A stretch of 63,099 nt of DNA, the filler included, from Sluysia triapertura (lineage: Eukaryota): NCBI GenBank assembly GCA_046118255.1. It is 5 parts of 5 records of this genome, joined end to end, with 100 filler letters (N's around TTAATTAATTAA, not from the genome) between each part and the next. Parts side by side here need not be neighbours in the genome. Positions count along the whole stretch, not along the records: positions 50,212 to 63,099 come from JBJNIA010074497.1; 4 more parts are not named here. One strand, 5' to 3'. The notes below the pieces were generated by a model. The model searched no databases and was not told where the DNA came from. It worked only from the letters and a program-made list of their open reading frames with translations. Made by a program: the position numbers and the translations under genes. Below, in pieces: positions 51,155 to 63,099 of the stretch (its first letter is position 1; the number at the start of each line of letters is the position of its first letter).

Positions 51155-52819
51155 GTAAGTTGTGATTAATATTACTCATTGAGTTGGAACACAAAAAGTT
51201 AAATTGTTTTATTATTTATTCAAAAATAGATTAAAACTATTTACAATCTTTTATTATATTCTAGTATCAATTTTTGTAAATGTCAACTGTATAGACGAAA
51301 TTTTGGTACGTAAAACGTTTTGATAAAACAAATGTTAATAATTAAATATTATTTATTATTTAATTATTTAAAAATAGATAATTAGGATGATTAATCTGAA
51401 AGTACATTGAAGCATATTTCAGTTACATTTAGTTTGGATTTAGTTTAGAGGAATAAATGAAATAAAATTAATAAAATGATAATTAAAACTAATAAAAATT
51501 TGCAAAATATAATTTTAGTTTTAGATCAATGTTTGTGCTAGCTTTTTAATACATAATAATGATTTGTTTATGCATTAATTTCTGTTATAAATATTTACAA
51601 TTTTGAAATAAAAATCAAAATAAATTTACAAGAAATTCATTTGCATTTAAAATTGGAAATACATTCCATTATGTTCAATTAAATAAAATATATAATAAAA
51701 TCTATTTTATAAAAATATAGATATATGAACACTGAAATAGATAAATTACATGTAAAATATCACCGTAAATATCAAAATCAAATACGAATAATTTAATAAT
51801 TAAATGAAAAATTTAAGAAAAATTATTTCTTTATTATAAATCAAATATTTACAATGATATTACCGACATATTTAAAAAATATCCAATTTTGGAATTGTGA
51901 AAACATTTTGTTTATGAATTTGTTTATTTTGTCATTATCTAAAACTGTACACATTAAAAAATTAAACATTTTGATAAATTGATAAAATACTAAACAAAAC
52001 ATCAAATTTTGTTTTAATTTTAAGATACATTAATATGTTTTCAAATCAATACATTTTTGAGCACAAATAATTTATTAATATAAAAATATTCTAATATTTC
52101 TTTCCCTTTTTTGTGATATGACCGCTTGTTTCATTGAGAATTAAACTATTTCCTTTAAATTTGCAAATGAAACACTTTTATTTACTCAAATAAACTACTA
52201 AAATGTAATATTTTACATTCTAACACTTAATAATAATAATAATAATTATTATTATTATTATAAATTCAAAAAAGTAAAAAATTCTAAATAAAGTTATTTT
52301 ATTTTGATAATTTTAAAACTCTCAAGCAATAATGCTTCAAATAATAAACATATTAATATAGTAAGTAAAATTGTAATGCTGTTAATTTGATTTTTAGACG
52401 TTATTTTATTAGTTTTATGTTTCATAAAATTTTCTTTTTTTTCAGTTCTTAATAGGATACCTCTTTAATTATTTTCACAGTTTTAAAAATTAATTTTATA
52501 AAGTAAATCTTAAACAAAGTTTTTAGAACTTCAGATTTATCGGTTAGTGATAAACAATTATAATTTTTAGCATTTTATTAGTTATATTAAAGTTTTAGAA
52601 GTTTTACTTTGCCAAAAAAAGTAAAAAATCAAACAAAAAAGAAAAGTCATTTCTTTAGACAGTAAAATTAATTATTAAATATTCTATGTAATGGTAAAAG
52701 ATTAACAAATATTACTAAATTTTCTACCAAATGATCTGAATTTGAACGAGATATTAATAAATGCTTGTCTCAGTAAAATGATATTTATAAATATTTCACC
52801 AAAACACCAAAACAATTGT

Positions 52820-53300
52820 TAATTATGGATTTTATTATAAAGTTTTGTTTATATGTAATTGTTTCTAATCGATCTAACATGGAACTAGAAGGGTGTATCA
52901 AGTATTACTAAATGCTGAAAGGGACATCGTATCAAGAAGAAAAGATTAATTGTTTATGAAAATGATAACTGTAACTAAAATTTCGGTTAAATTATGAAGG
53001 ATTATTTTAAAGAATTCAATCGGAATATAAATATTTAACAGATAATTAGATATGTAAAAAGAATGGAAAACAGTGTTAGAATTTATGTCGAGTTTGCGGA
53101 TTGTTTAGGTGATTTGAAATGTTGAAAGGAGTGTGCACTTAGATGCAATGTTACCATAATTCAATTTATTGTATGAGAGATTAGAAAATATGTTATTGAG
53201 TACTATGTGATATTGATGAATGCTAATCCTAGAAAAGTACTTTGAATAATTAGATTTCAATATTGAAAATTTTGTAATTGGAAATTTCATTGTATTTTAT
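52820..53300 (-). mobile_element. Possible LINE ORF2 3' relic
   Basis: LNNIFSNLSYNKLNYGNIA resembles LxxIYxSLIYxxLNYGxIAWG of CR1/L2-type ORF2. Confidence 0.38.
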
Positions 53301-55381
53301 AATTTATTATATTTCTGTACTGCAGATAAAAAGGAAGATGTCGTCTATGTTTGTGAAAACATTTCATCAAGCATATGAAAAACGAAATTTCAGTATATTT
53401 GTTTAATAAAGAAAATGTTTACATCTTGAAGTATTCTAGTATTTTGTATAATAATTTAATAACAATATTTTTATATTTTATTTATATTTTTATATTTTTA
53501 TATTTTATTTATATTTTTATATTTTACTTATTAAACATTACTCATTTTAAAGTTGAATGTAAAATTTAAATAAATTTAAATTAAATTCACAGTTCTAAAA
53601 TACCCGATCTAAAGTGACCCTGAAGTGTACCTATATTAAATGTATTTAATTTAATAAGTAAAAAGAGACTAATTAGATGTTTGTCGAAATGAGTATATGA
53701 ATGATATACAAATACCAATGTTATATTCACATATAACAGTATTATAATAAGAATAATAATATTAATATTAATAATAATGATAATAATTTTTAAATAAAGA
53801 TAATAAAATAATAATAATGTAAAGTAGATAATAAAAAATTAAGATTTTAAAATTTATTTTATTACAAACAAATACTTATTAAGGTAGGAAATAAGTAAAT
53901 AATTTTTTAAGTTTACGAAAATTAATAACGTTAAAACACACCTAATCAAATACATTTGGATCAAGATTAGTATAAAAGCAAATGATTTTGACTTTTTTAT
54001 ATCCCTATTTAATGAGGAAAATAAAAATATTTCGAGATAAAAAATTAAAGGTCTAACAAGCTTTAATTTTAAAATATTTTATCATTCGTCAAGAAATTCT
54101 TGTATTAATAATTTCATTTGTGTTTATCATTGTATTCGTTGAATTTGAATCAGACATCAAATTTTCTGGTGATTTTTACGTATTGGTCGAATATATGTAT
54201 GTACTGTAATTAATATGTTCAGATCATAAAAATGACATAAAATACTGAAGAATTTTGATATAAGTTACTAACCACTTGACGGTTTTGCCCCAACTGTCGT
54301 GACATTTATGACTGAGATTTAGGATTGTGTATTGAATGTTTCAAAATATATCATATTAAAACTACTTCTTGATTAAATTTATTGTAATTAATTAAGTGTA
54401 TTAATAAATATAGTCAAATAAAAATAATTAAAAGTGTCAATTTTTTTTACTCATTTTCTCAAAAAAATCTGCATTTACCTAAATAACTTAAAACAGAATA
54501 TCTTCCTGTTAGAAATAAGACTCGCCCCTCGATTTAAGATCAAATAAATAGCGAAATAATCTACATAGGTTAAGAAAATGGTGTATACATTATGTTCCCT
54601 TGATTTGAAAATATGGAAAATAGTAGCACAATTAATCTGTAGTGATTTCTATGAAATTTTAAGAAGAAATGTGGAGAAATATGAAAAGACCTAACTTAAA
54701 TTTAACAAAGTTGTCTAACCTTTACTAGTGTTCTCTGACTTTGAAGGCATTTGCAGAACTGTTAGTACTTTTAAAATTCTATAAATACTGCTCTTTCTTA
54801 TTATTTTATTATTATTAGTAAAAGATATTTATGATTTTCTCTCATGAATAAAACTAATCATTTTGTTATTTTATTCACTTTAACATTGTATCTAAACGTT
54901 GTCTTTGTTTTATGTTAAAGTAAATATAATTCTTAAATGATTTTTAAAAAATGTGTATCAAAAATTTTAAAAGTAACTAATTCCAAATTAGAGAATTATA
55001 CATCTATGATAAAACACATTAAACAAATTAATGAATTATGTATACTGCAGTATACTTGATATCCATCAAATGATAATAATAATAATAATAACAGTAATAA
55101 TAATAATTTATAATAATAAATAAAATAATAATTATAATAAGGGTGTAACGTCCAAATTATATTTCTTTTTTAAAAGGGTTGGAGGATTTCCGTATTCTAC
55201 AAAATATTTTATACGATTTACGACTACTCCTGTGATTGTCTCTAATATTTTAATATATTGTCACAGAATTTTAATTTTAGACCCAGTTAAATTTCTTTGG
55301 TTAATAACATTTGAAGACGATATCAAAGAAGCAGTTTTGGAATATTTTTGAGTAGAATTGACACATTTTAAATTTTCTACC

Positions 55382-55441
<60 letters not shown>
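55382..55441. repeat. (AAT)20 microsatellite
   Basis: Direct. Confidence 0.97.
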
Positions 55442-55444
<3 letters not shown>

Positions 55445-58400
55445 ACCTTTGTAATTCACTTAAGAATGTGTATTGGTGGTTGGTATACCTTGTTTTGTAA
55501 AATCAAATTCGTCATTATAGCAACTATTTCAAATTATTTAAATTGTAACGACTGAATGCTGACAGTAATAATAAATAATTTTTCGGTGATGAAATATCTA
55601 TCAGTAAATATAGAAAGATAAGCTGTATTATTACTTGGTTGTTGTTGTTGTTGTTGTTGTTGTTATTTTTAGAATTACGTCTGCATACTTTAGATAATTT
55701 CGATTTTTAAACAAGTAATTATCGGCATTATATTCTGGAAATTGACGTTGCAATATTTCAACCAATATATTTATTACTTCTTTTGGTTGTTGTGAATTAC
55801 TTTGCATATCAATAAATTATATATAATATTTCTTTTTAGCGTTGAAACAATTTTATTTTCTACTTACTGCTTTATTAAACTCTGGTAAATTATTGTTTCT
55901 TACTATAATACATTTTATGATATCATTGACTTAGTTTAATGAATCTTGATTTTGTTCTTTAAATTTTGGGAAACTGAAAAATATTAAACCTAATAATCAA
56001 CATAATGCATAAAAGCGGCTATAAAAATTGGTGTAACAATAAATACATAACTACGAAAGTAATAATAATGGAAGACATCAAAAATAGTAAGACAAAGAAA
56101 ATAACGTTTTACAATGTAATAACAATATTAAATTTTAGATTGTACTTGTTTATAGGTAAGAGTAGATGTCAATGTAAGTATTATCATTATTATGAATGTT
56201 GTGAAAATTTATTGAATTTTTAGTTCTCCTTCATTATGAGTGTTTCCGATTTTTGTGTGCTCCTTGTTGAGTTGAATTTTGTTTATGAATTTGTTTATGA
56301 TAATTATGTTTTGGGGTGAGTTAATCACAAATACAATGAAAAAAATTATGCAAACTTATCGAAAGGATTGTTGAATGCGGAATAGAAATTTAATGGCTCG
56401 TAATAAAGACAATAAAATGAAAATAAAATAGAAGCTATTCCTTGTCTATTTATTTTCATGTCAATGCAGATCCACTATAGATTCCTGAGTTAGCTCCGAG
56501 TTATTTTTGGTTATTCAAACACTTAAGTTCACGAGAGAACAAATCTGAAACTTTTCTGAGGCAGTTCTTATTTCGAACAACCGAATGACATGTGTTTATT
56601 TTCTTTTTATAATTCTTCAGATTTTTACCGACAGACTATTAACATTTAGCATTTTTTGTTATGATATTTAATCTATTTTTAATTATTCCTACAAAACTAT
56701 TTATATTTTTCTAAACTGAAATCCAATAAAAAACATAAATTATTTACGTACTTATCAAAGTAAAAATTAAAACAATTTAATTCTTCTTGTCTGTTTTGCA
56801 TAGTAAAAGAGCCAATAAAGAAGATATTGCAGCTGGTAGTAATTTAAAATTCACTCATGTAATATTGAAATATTAATTAATTATTTATTGCCATTGAAAT
56901 GGTTATACTTTTTAAAATTAAAGTACACATTATTCAAGTAAATTTAGTTAGAATTTACTTGCTTATTTAATTATTTATTTATTCAGCTTCTTTTAGTAAA
57001 TATAATTTGTTTTAGTAATCCTGAATATTTATACTTTTATTTAATAAAATCAATAAAAGATATTTAAAAAGCATTGGATAATTAATAACAAATAGTATCA
57101 CTATTAACATATCAGTATTTTAATTAAAAATTAATATCGTATACCCAAACAAATCATATTAATACAAATATTTGCAATACTAATCCAGTATTTAAAAATT
57201 TATTTAAAAAATAATATATAAATGCGAATCATAAATTGACATCAAAATAAGTATATTTAATGTTTTCATCAATATTTTTTTCTTCATTTTTAAATAATCG
57301 ATTAATGAAAACACATACTTAATTTAAAAATTGGTAAACTGATTGGTAGAATTCATGCAAAAAGGAAAATCATATTGTGCTGCTAAAACAATATTTTGAA
57401 GCTAAAAACATATTCAATGGTTTTCAACCATAATATAAAATACAAAAAATAATCATTCCCTATGAAACGCGTAGCATGATCCAATTTCAATTAAATTAAT
57501 AAATTTTTAATTGATATTTAATTTTCTATTCGAAAAACTGAAATTACCAAATAATACAACAATTTTCTGTAACTTTTGGTGATACTATTCAAATAGTTTT
57601 AAATAAACATTCTTTATACTTGGTGTGTAAATTAGTACCAATAATATTGTCATTGTTATAACTTTCGGAAATCATAAAAATATTTTAATTATTATTTTTT
57701 AACATATACACCAAATAATCCGTTTTTGTTATATATATATAAATCTCAAAAATAATGAGACTCAAAATTGAAAAACTAAATTTTATATAAGTTATTATTA
57801 TAAAAATTTTAGTGTTATTAGTTAATAAATTTATGATTAAATTAAATTTCATAAAGTTACATCGGTTAATTCATTTTGAAAATATTGAAAAGTAGGTAAA
57901 ATTGTTCAATAACTGTTAAAATATATGAAAACTGATATGTAATTGAATACACAAAATGTTTATCCAGGATGGGTTTTATGCTTTTGATAAACCGCTTAAT
58001 GTTACCACTTAAATAAATGTTTTAAAATAACTATATATTATAAAAAAGTAAATAAAAAAGTGAAAATTAATTACTCATTAATAATTAGCATAAACTGTAT
58101 GTTCAGAAGTTAAATAAAGCTTAATAAAATATCCACAATTATTAAGTTTATGGCACTAAATTTATCCGAATTATTTATGAATAATATAAAAGTTAAAATG
58201 TAAACAAAACTAACAAATCTTAGGTCGATATATGTAAAACAATTGCTTTTAAGACATATGTTTTATCAATAATTAATTTGCAGAAAAATGTTAAACCAAT
58301 TATTTTAATTTTTGTTATTTTGTTTATCTCTATTTTTAAGCAGTATAACAAATGACAATAATTTTATATATTTTTGTTTTTTTTTATTCAAAATTATCTT

Positions 58401-61173
58401 TTCATTTAGTAAAGGAAACGAGAAATAATTCGAAATAATTAATTTAAATTAAAAAAAAGCAAATAAATTATTATTTCTGTATTGGCTTCCGTAACAAATT
58501 ATAAACATAATTTTTAAAAAAATATGATTTTAGAAAATTAATTTTTGTTAAAGTTAAACATGAAAAATATAAGTATCAATTTTTGTCATACGTTAAATTT
58601 TACTTAAATTAAATTAAACATAATTATAATTATAATTATTATAACAATTTATATCAATTTGTAAAATAAAATTTTAATAATTATAATTAAAAAATATTAT
58701 TATTATAAAATATTTTACAATAAGAATATTTTAAATTTAGAATATTGTAGTGCTTCTAATATATGTCGTAAATTTAAAATGCTTCTGCTAAATCTTTAAA
58801 ATTTATGCGTTATGTTTTGGCCTTTAAATTACTGTTCGAACTATTGTAAAATTTAAATATGTTTGAGTGCTGCTTAATATTTTATAAATTTAGTGTATTC
58901 TCGTAATGGACGTGTATCCTTTAGTTATGATCCAAATTCCTTTCTAATTAATAAGCTTAAAATCATTACTCTCTTATTATGTCAGCTATATTCAAAACTT
59001 ATGCAATACCTGTATCCTTTAATTTTTATTTTTAACTTTTATTATTAAATCAATTATCTGGATGTATGAATTAATATACTCGTCCTTGTTGTTTAGGTAG
59101 AAGTGTTTAATTTGTTTAATTAAATCCTTAATATTAGCATATAGTCTCAATCTAACATATCGAAAAAATTACTAGTTGAGCCAAACTCTATTCTACTTTA
59201 AGGACAAAATGCACAAAATAATAAATATTTATTAATCAAATTTTAAACAATTACTAATGATAATATAAAAAAGTATTTTTATTAACATATATTAACGAAA
59301 AGTTTTCTTTTGTATTCTTCGTAAATAATATTGATTATCGTCTTCAGATTGAATCGCGAAATATTTCTTCTCTTCTTCGTATGTAATGTAGATATTAAAT
59401 CCGAATATATATACCAATTCAATATTGTTATATTTATTACAATAATTATGAATAATAAATAGTAATTTTTACAATAATAATCCAGCGAAATAATTGTTCA
59501 AAATAATAATTCAATATAAATTTTTACAATAATAATTCAGTATAATGTGTTCAGAATTTATATATAATAATTATTTATGATAGTTCATAATTCAGTTTTT
59601 TAACCCATCCGAATCAATAATTTAATATTATCAATCTATAATTTTATTATTATTAATTTAGTGTGTTCTTTTAAATTTTTTTAGTATAATTTTGATCAGA
59701 TATAGTGTTAATAATTTTTAATTACACACTAGTTTTATTCAGTCTCAATAATATGCTTTTAAATTTTGATTACATATGATTTGTCTTATTTATTCTAAAT
59801 CATGTTTTAAGATAATTTTAATCGGATTTTATATTCTTAAAATTTGATTTTATATTAGTGTTATTGATTCTTAATTTAAGATGATTTATTGACCATAATA
59901 ATAAGGTTTGATGTTTATATATTTTAATTTCACATTGTCTTTATAGAATCTCACTTTAAAATGATTATTTATACATTTTGACTTTAAATTTAATTATTTG
60001 TTATCAAATTTTGAATTTATATTAACTATATGTAATCTCATTTTAAACTGATACTAAAGTATTGTAATTTTAATATTTTAAAATTTAAACAATACTTTAT
60101 TAAAATTGATTAAAATGAAGAAAGAGCATTATGTCTAGATTTTACAATATATTAAAAAATTACAATGAAACAAAATTTTATAACTAGATTTTTTAATATA
60201 AATTTATTTTATACTATTAATAAAAGTTTATTATTATTATTATTACTATAATATATAGTTAAAATAATTTATTTAATCATTAATATTTTACAACATTTAA
60301 GTTTGTTTAATTAACAATAAGAAATAAAATTAATAAAGTATAAGTAATTTTTTAATTGACTAAATGGAAATAAAATGTTGGATTGGGATAATCGAATTTT
60401 AAGTTTATGTCAGTTCATTTTATGAAGTGTAACAAATACACTTTTCTAAAATTTAAAAAAGTTTGTTATTCAAAATATTTGGATAAATATAAATATTAAA
60501 GAAAAATACAGCAAAAAAATATTTTCAGATTCTTTAGTATTAATTTATGATTTGATTTATTGTTTTGGTAAATATTTCATATTAATTATTATTATTTATA
60601 ATTAATATTTATAATTTTTTATAGGTATCATTTTAAAAATAAGTACAATTTTTGTATCGTTAAAGTTTTGTATATTTAAGTGAGGCTAACTTTTTAATTT
60701 AAATTTTTAATATTTAAATTTATTAAATAAAATTTATTCTTTCAAAACTGACGATAAAATTTGTTACATCAATATATTAATGATGATGATGATGATAATG
60801 TTTATTTTAAAAGCTTTTATTTAGAATATTATCGAAAATTCTCTCCTGTAAACATCAGAATAGACTATTCTTCATCAAAAGAACTTCGCATTTATCAATT
60901 TATCTTTATTACTTTTTATATTAGCGATCTTGCAATAAAAATAATAAAAGAATTTTATTAAGAATTTTAATCAAAGCGTTTTAATTTTTTTAATATTAAA
61001 ATAAGTTTTGGATTTTTATAATAAATTTTAATTTTGTTAAAATAAAAATGTAAATATTAATGAACAAAATTATTAATATTTAATATTTAATATTTAATTA
61101 CTATTTAATAACATAGGAATATTTTAACGAAATATTAAAATGTATTTTTCATTACCGAATAATTTTCACATAT

Positions 61174-61174
<1 letters not shown>

Positions 61175-61236
<62 letters not shown>
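61175..61236. repeat. (AAT)n microsatellite
   Basis: Direct. Confidence 0.97.
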
Positions 61237-63099
61237 TATCTAATTTGCATCTACATGTTTTTTGACCCAGATGCTATTTTCGACAAACGATTATGAGTTT
61301 AGTCAATTTAATCATAAAAGTTATTTAATTAATCTTTGAAATGTCTTTGTTGCTATTTTATCTTGAATTATTTTGGTATAAAACTATAATATAATTTCAA
61401 TTTGTAATAGTTGGAATCTTTTAATTTAGCAAACAATAATTCAGTAAATATTTTTATAATGTCCAAGTTTGTACCACTTAAGATAATTAGTACAATATTT
61501 GGTTATCACAACATATTAATAATTTATATCGACACTACATCTGTTGTCATTATTATATTTTTGTACTGCTTCTACCAGAAAAATAAATGTTATAAAGAAT
61601 ATGCTTAATATCTTAACGATTTATGGACACGTATAAAATTCAATAATGATATTTAGTATATTTAGAAGTTTTGTTTTAGTTTTAAGTCTACCAAACTCTA
61701 CAGACGCTAATTTCTCTTAAACGAAAATGTATAAATAAAATTTATAATACTGAAACAAAATTAGAAATGTTGATCATACTTTTACAAATATCACAAATAA
61801 ATGTTTTAAATTTGTCACAATTAACATCCATATCTGAAAAATAAAGTTACATAATCAATAATATAGAAAAGGTTTCTGAAAATAAACTTAGTATTCTAAA
61901 ATGTTTTAAAATATTTTAAGATATCAAGTAAATATTTTGATGTAATGAAAGTGTTGAAATGAATTCTGTTAAATTTATTTGCCAAAAACTAGAATTAAAT
62001 TTAAAAATAGTAGTATCCAGTAAAATGAATATTTACATTAAATTTTGAATGGCTAGGCTAATATTAAGTAACATTTATTAATTTAATTTAATTTAAATTT
62101 AATTGACTCTAAACAAGCCAAAAAAGAGATTTTTGTCAATCAGACTGTATTAAAATTATTTTATGTCATTTTTCTAGTTCATATTTCATCCTTAATTGTA
62201 AAACATACCCATCAATATTTAAACACACTAGATTCTAGTGACTAGAAGAACATAAAAAGTCATTAAAATTATTTTATTTTAAAGTGATAGAAATATTCAT
62301 GAAAAATATAAATAATTTTTTCTATAATCGAGTGAATTTCATTTTTATATAGATTAACTTCATACAAAATTTAAAATATTAAAAATAAATTGATTTAACA
62401 ATTTGCTTTAGGTTTTCAATAAAAGTTATGTTCAAATTAGTTTATAATCAACTTTCTTGTCAAACAACTGCTTTTAAATGAATCAGTAAAAATATCGATT
62501 TATTTTAAACACTTTACGAAGTGGCAAACGTAATTGGCAACATTTGTTAATTCTCTTTTTTAAATAGCACACTTATTTTAACACTGTAACTGTTTACTTA
62601 TAAAAATCTGTAGAATTTATCAATCGATTGATTAGTTTTTAGTATTAACAATTATAATTCAAATGATTCAAACGTATATTTGATAAACAGACCAATCAAT
62701 CAAACAATTCAATCAACGCTAGCATTATATACAATAGTTTTAGCTCTTATACACTCAAATACTTTTCTAAAAATTTCATATCGATACCGATTTTCCCTTA
62801 ATGATCTAAATAAAGAAAATCTTTATTTCTTCGATACAATTGTTACATAACATCGTAAGTCGTTAAGTTCTATTTTAAATAATTCGTCATTTTCCATCAC
62901 TAACTTGAATAACAAATAAAATTTAAATTGAATGAAAAATTTTATAATTTTGGTTAATATTTAAAAATTATACAAAAAATTAAAAAGTAGTTAAAAATTA
63001 AAATAATTATAATTATAAAAATTTAATTTATTTTATTTTAATTCATTCTTTCATAAAATGTAACAAAAAATTGCATTAATAAAAAGAATAATTAAATAA

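Noticed and set aside
53105-53290. YGNIASK as the second K2P exon (GYGNIAPK)
   Set aside because: Wrong strand, no splice acceptor, and the context fits a LINE ORF2 relic better.
54490-54720. Possible Tc1 transposase C-terminal relic (DSPLDL, VKKMVY)
   Set aside because: Too degraded to support.
51155-63099. Short 60-72 aa I/F/L/N/K-rich ORFs here and elsewhere in the window
   Set aside because: Expected by chance in AT-rich and microsatellite sequence; no motifs or splice support.

Overview
Very AT-rich, intron- and microsatellite-rich eukaryotic (metazoan) genomic DNA; the style suggests a triclad flatworm, but that is inference only. The window is not one continuous locus. Four identical 100-bp artificial linkers (44 N + TTAATTAATTAA + 44 N) join five pieces: A 1-12971, B 13072-26881, C 26982-38477, D 38578-50111 and E 50212-63099. 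Piece A holds three phase-compatible exons of an SMPD4/nSMase3-like gene with an intronic mariner relic. Piece B holds the last four exons of an unidentified coiled-coil gene; its introns carry a SET/TAF-I retro-pseudogene and piggyBac, Helitron-like and gypsy-like relics, with a pogo relic downstream. Piece C holds three minus-strand exons of an Erbin/Densin-like (LAP-type) PDZ gene, hAT MITEs and a piggyBac relic. Piece D has no normal spliced gene that I could find. It has an intact intronless 446-aa chimeric ORF whose N-terminus is an internally deleted CHMP2A (ESCRT-III) fragment, plus a ZMYM/Woc fragment abutting an N/Q-rich fragment, and hAT and LINE relics. Piece E holds the first coding exon of a two-pore (K2P/TWK) potassium channel followed by a long intron. 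All homology calls come from motif recognition by eye against remembered family sequences, not from database searches. No CRISPR, rRNA or convincing tRNA was seen.
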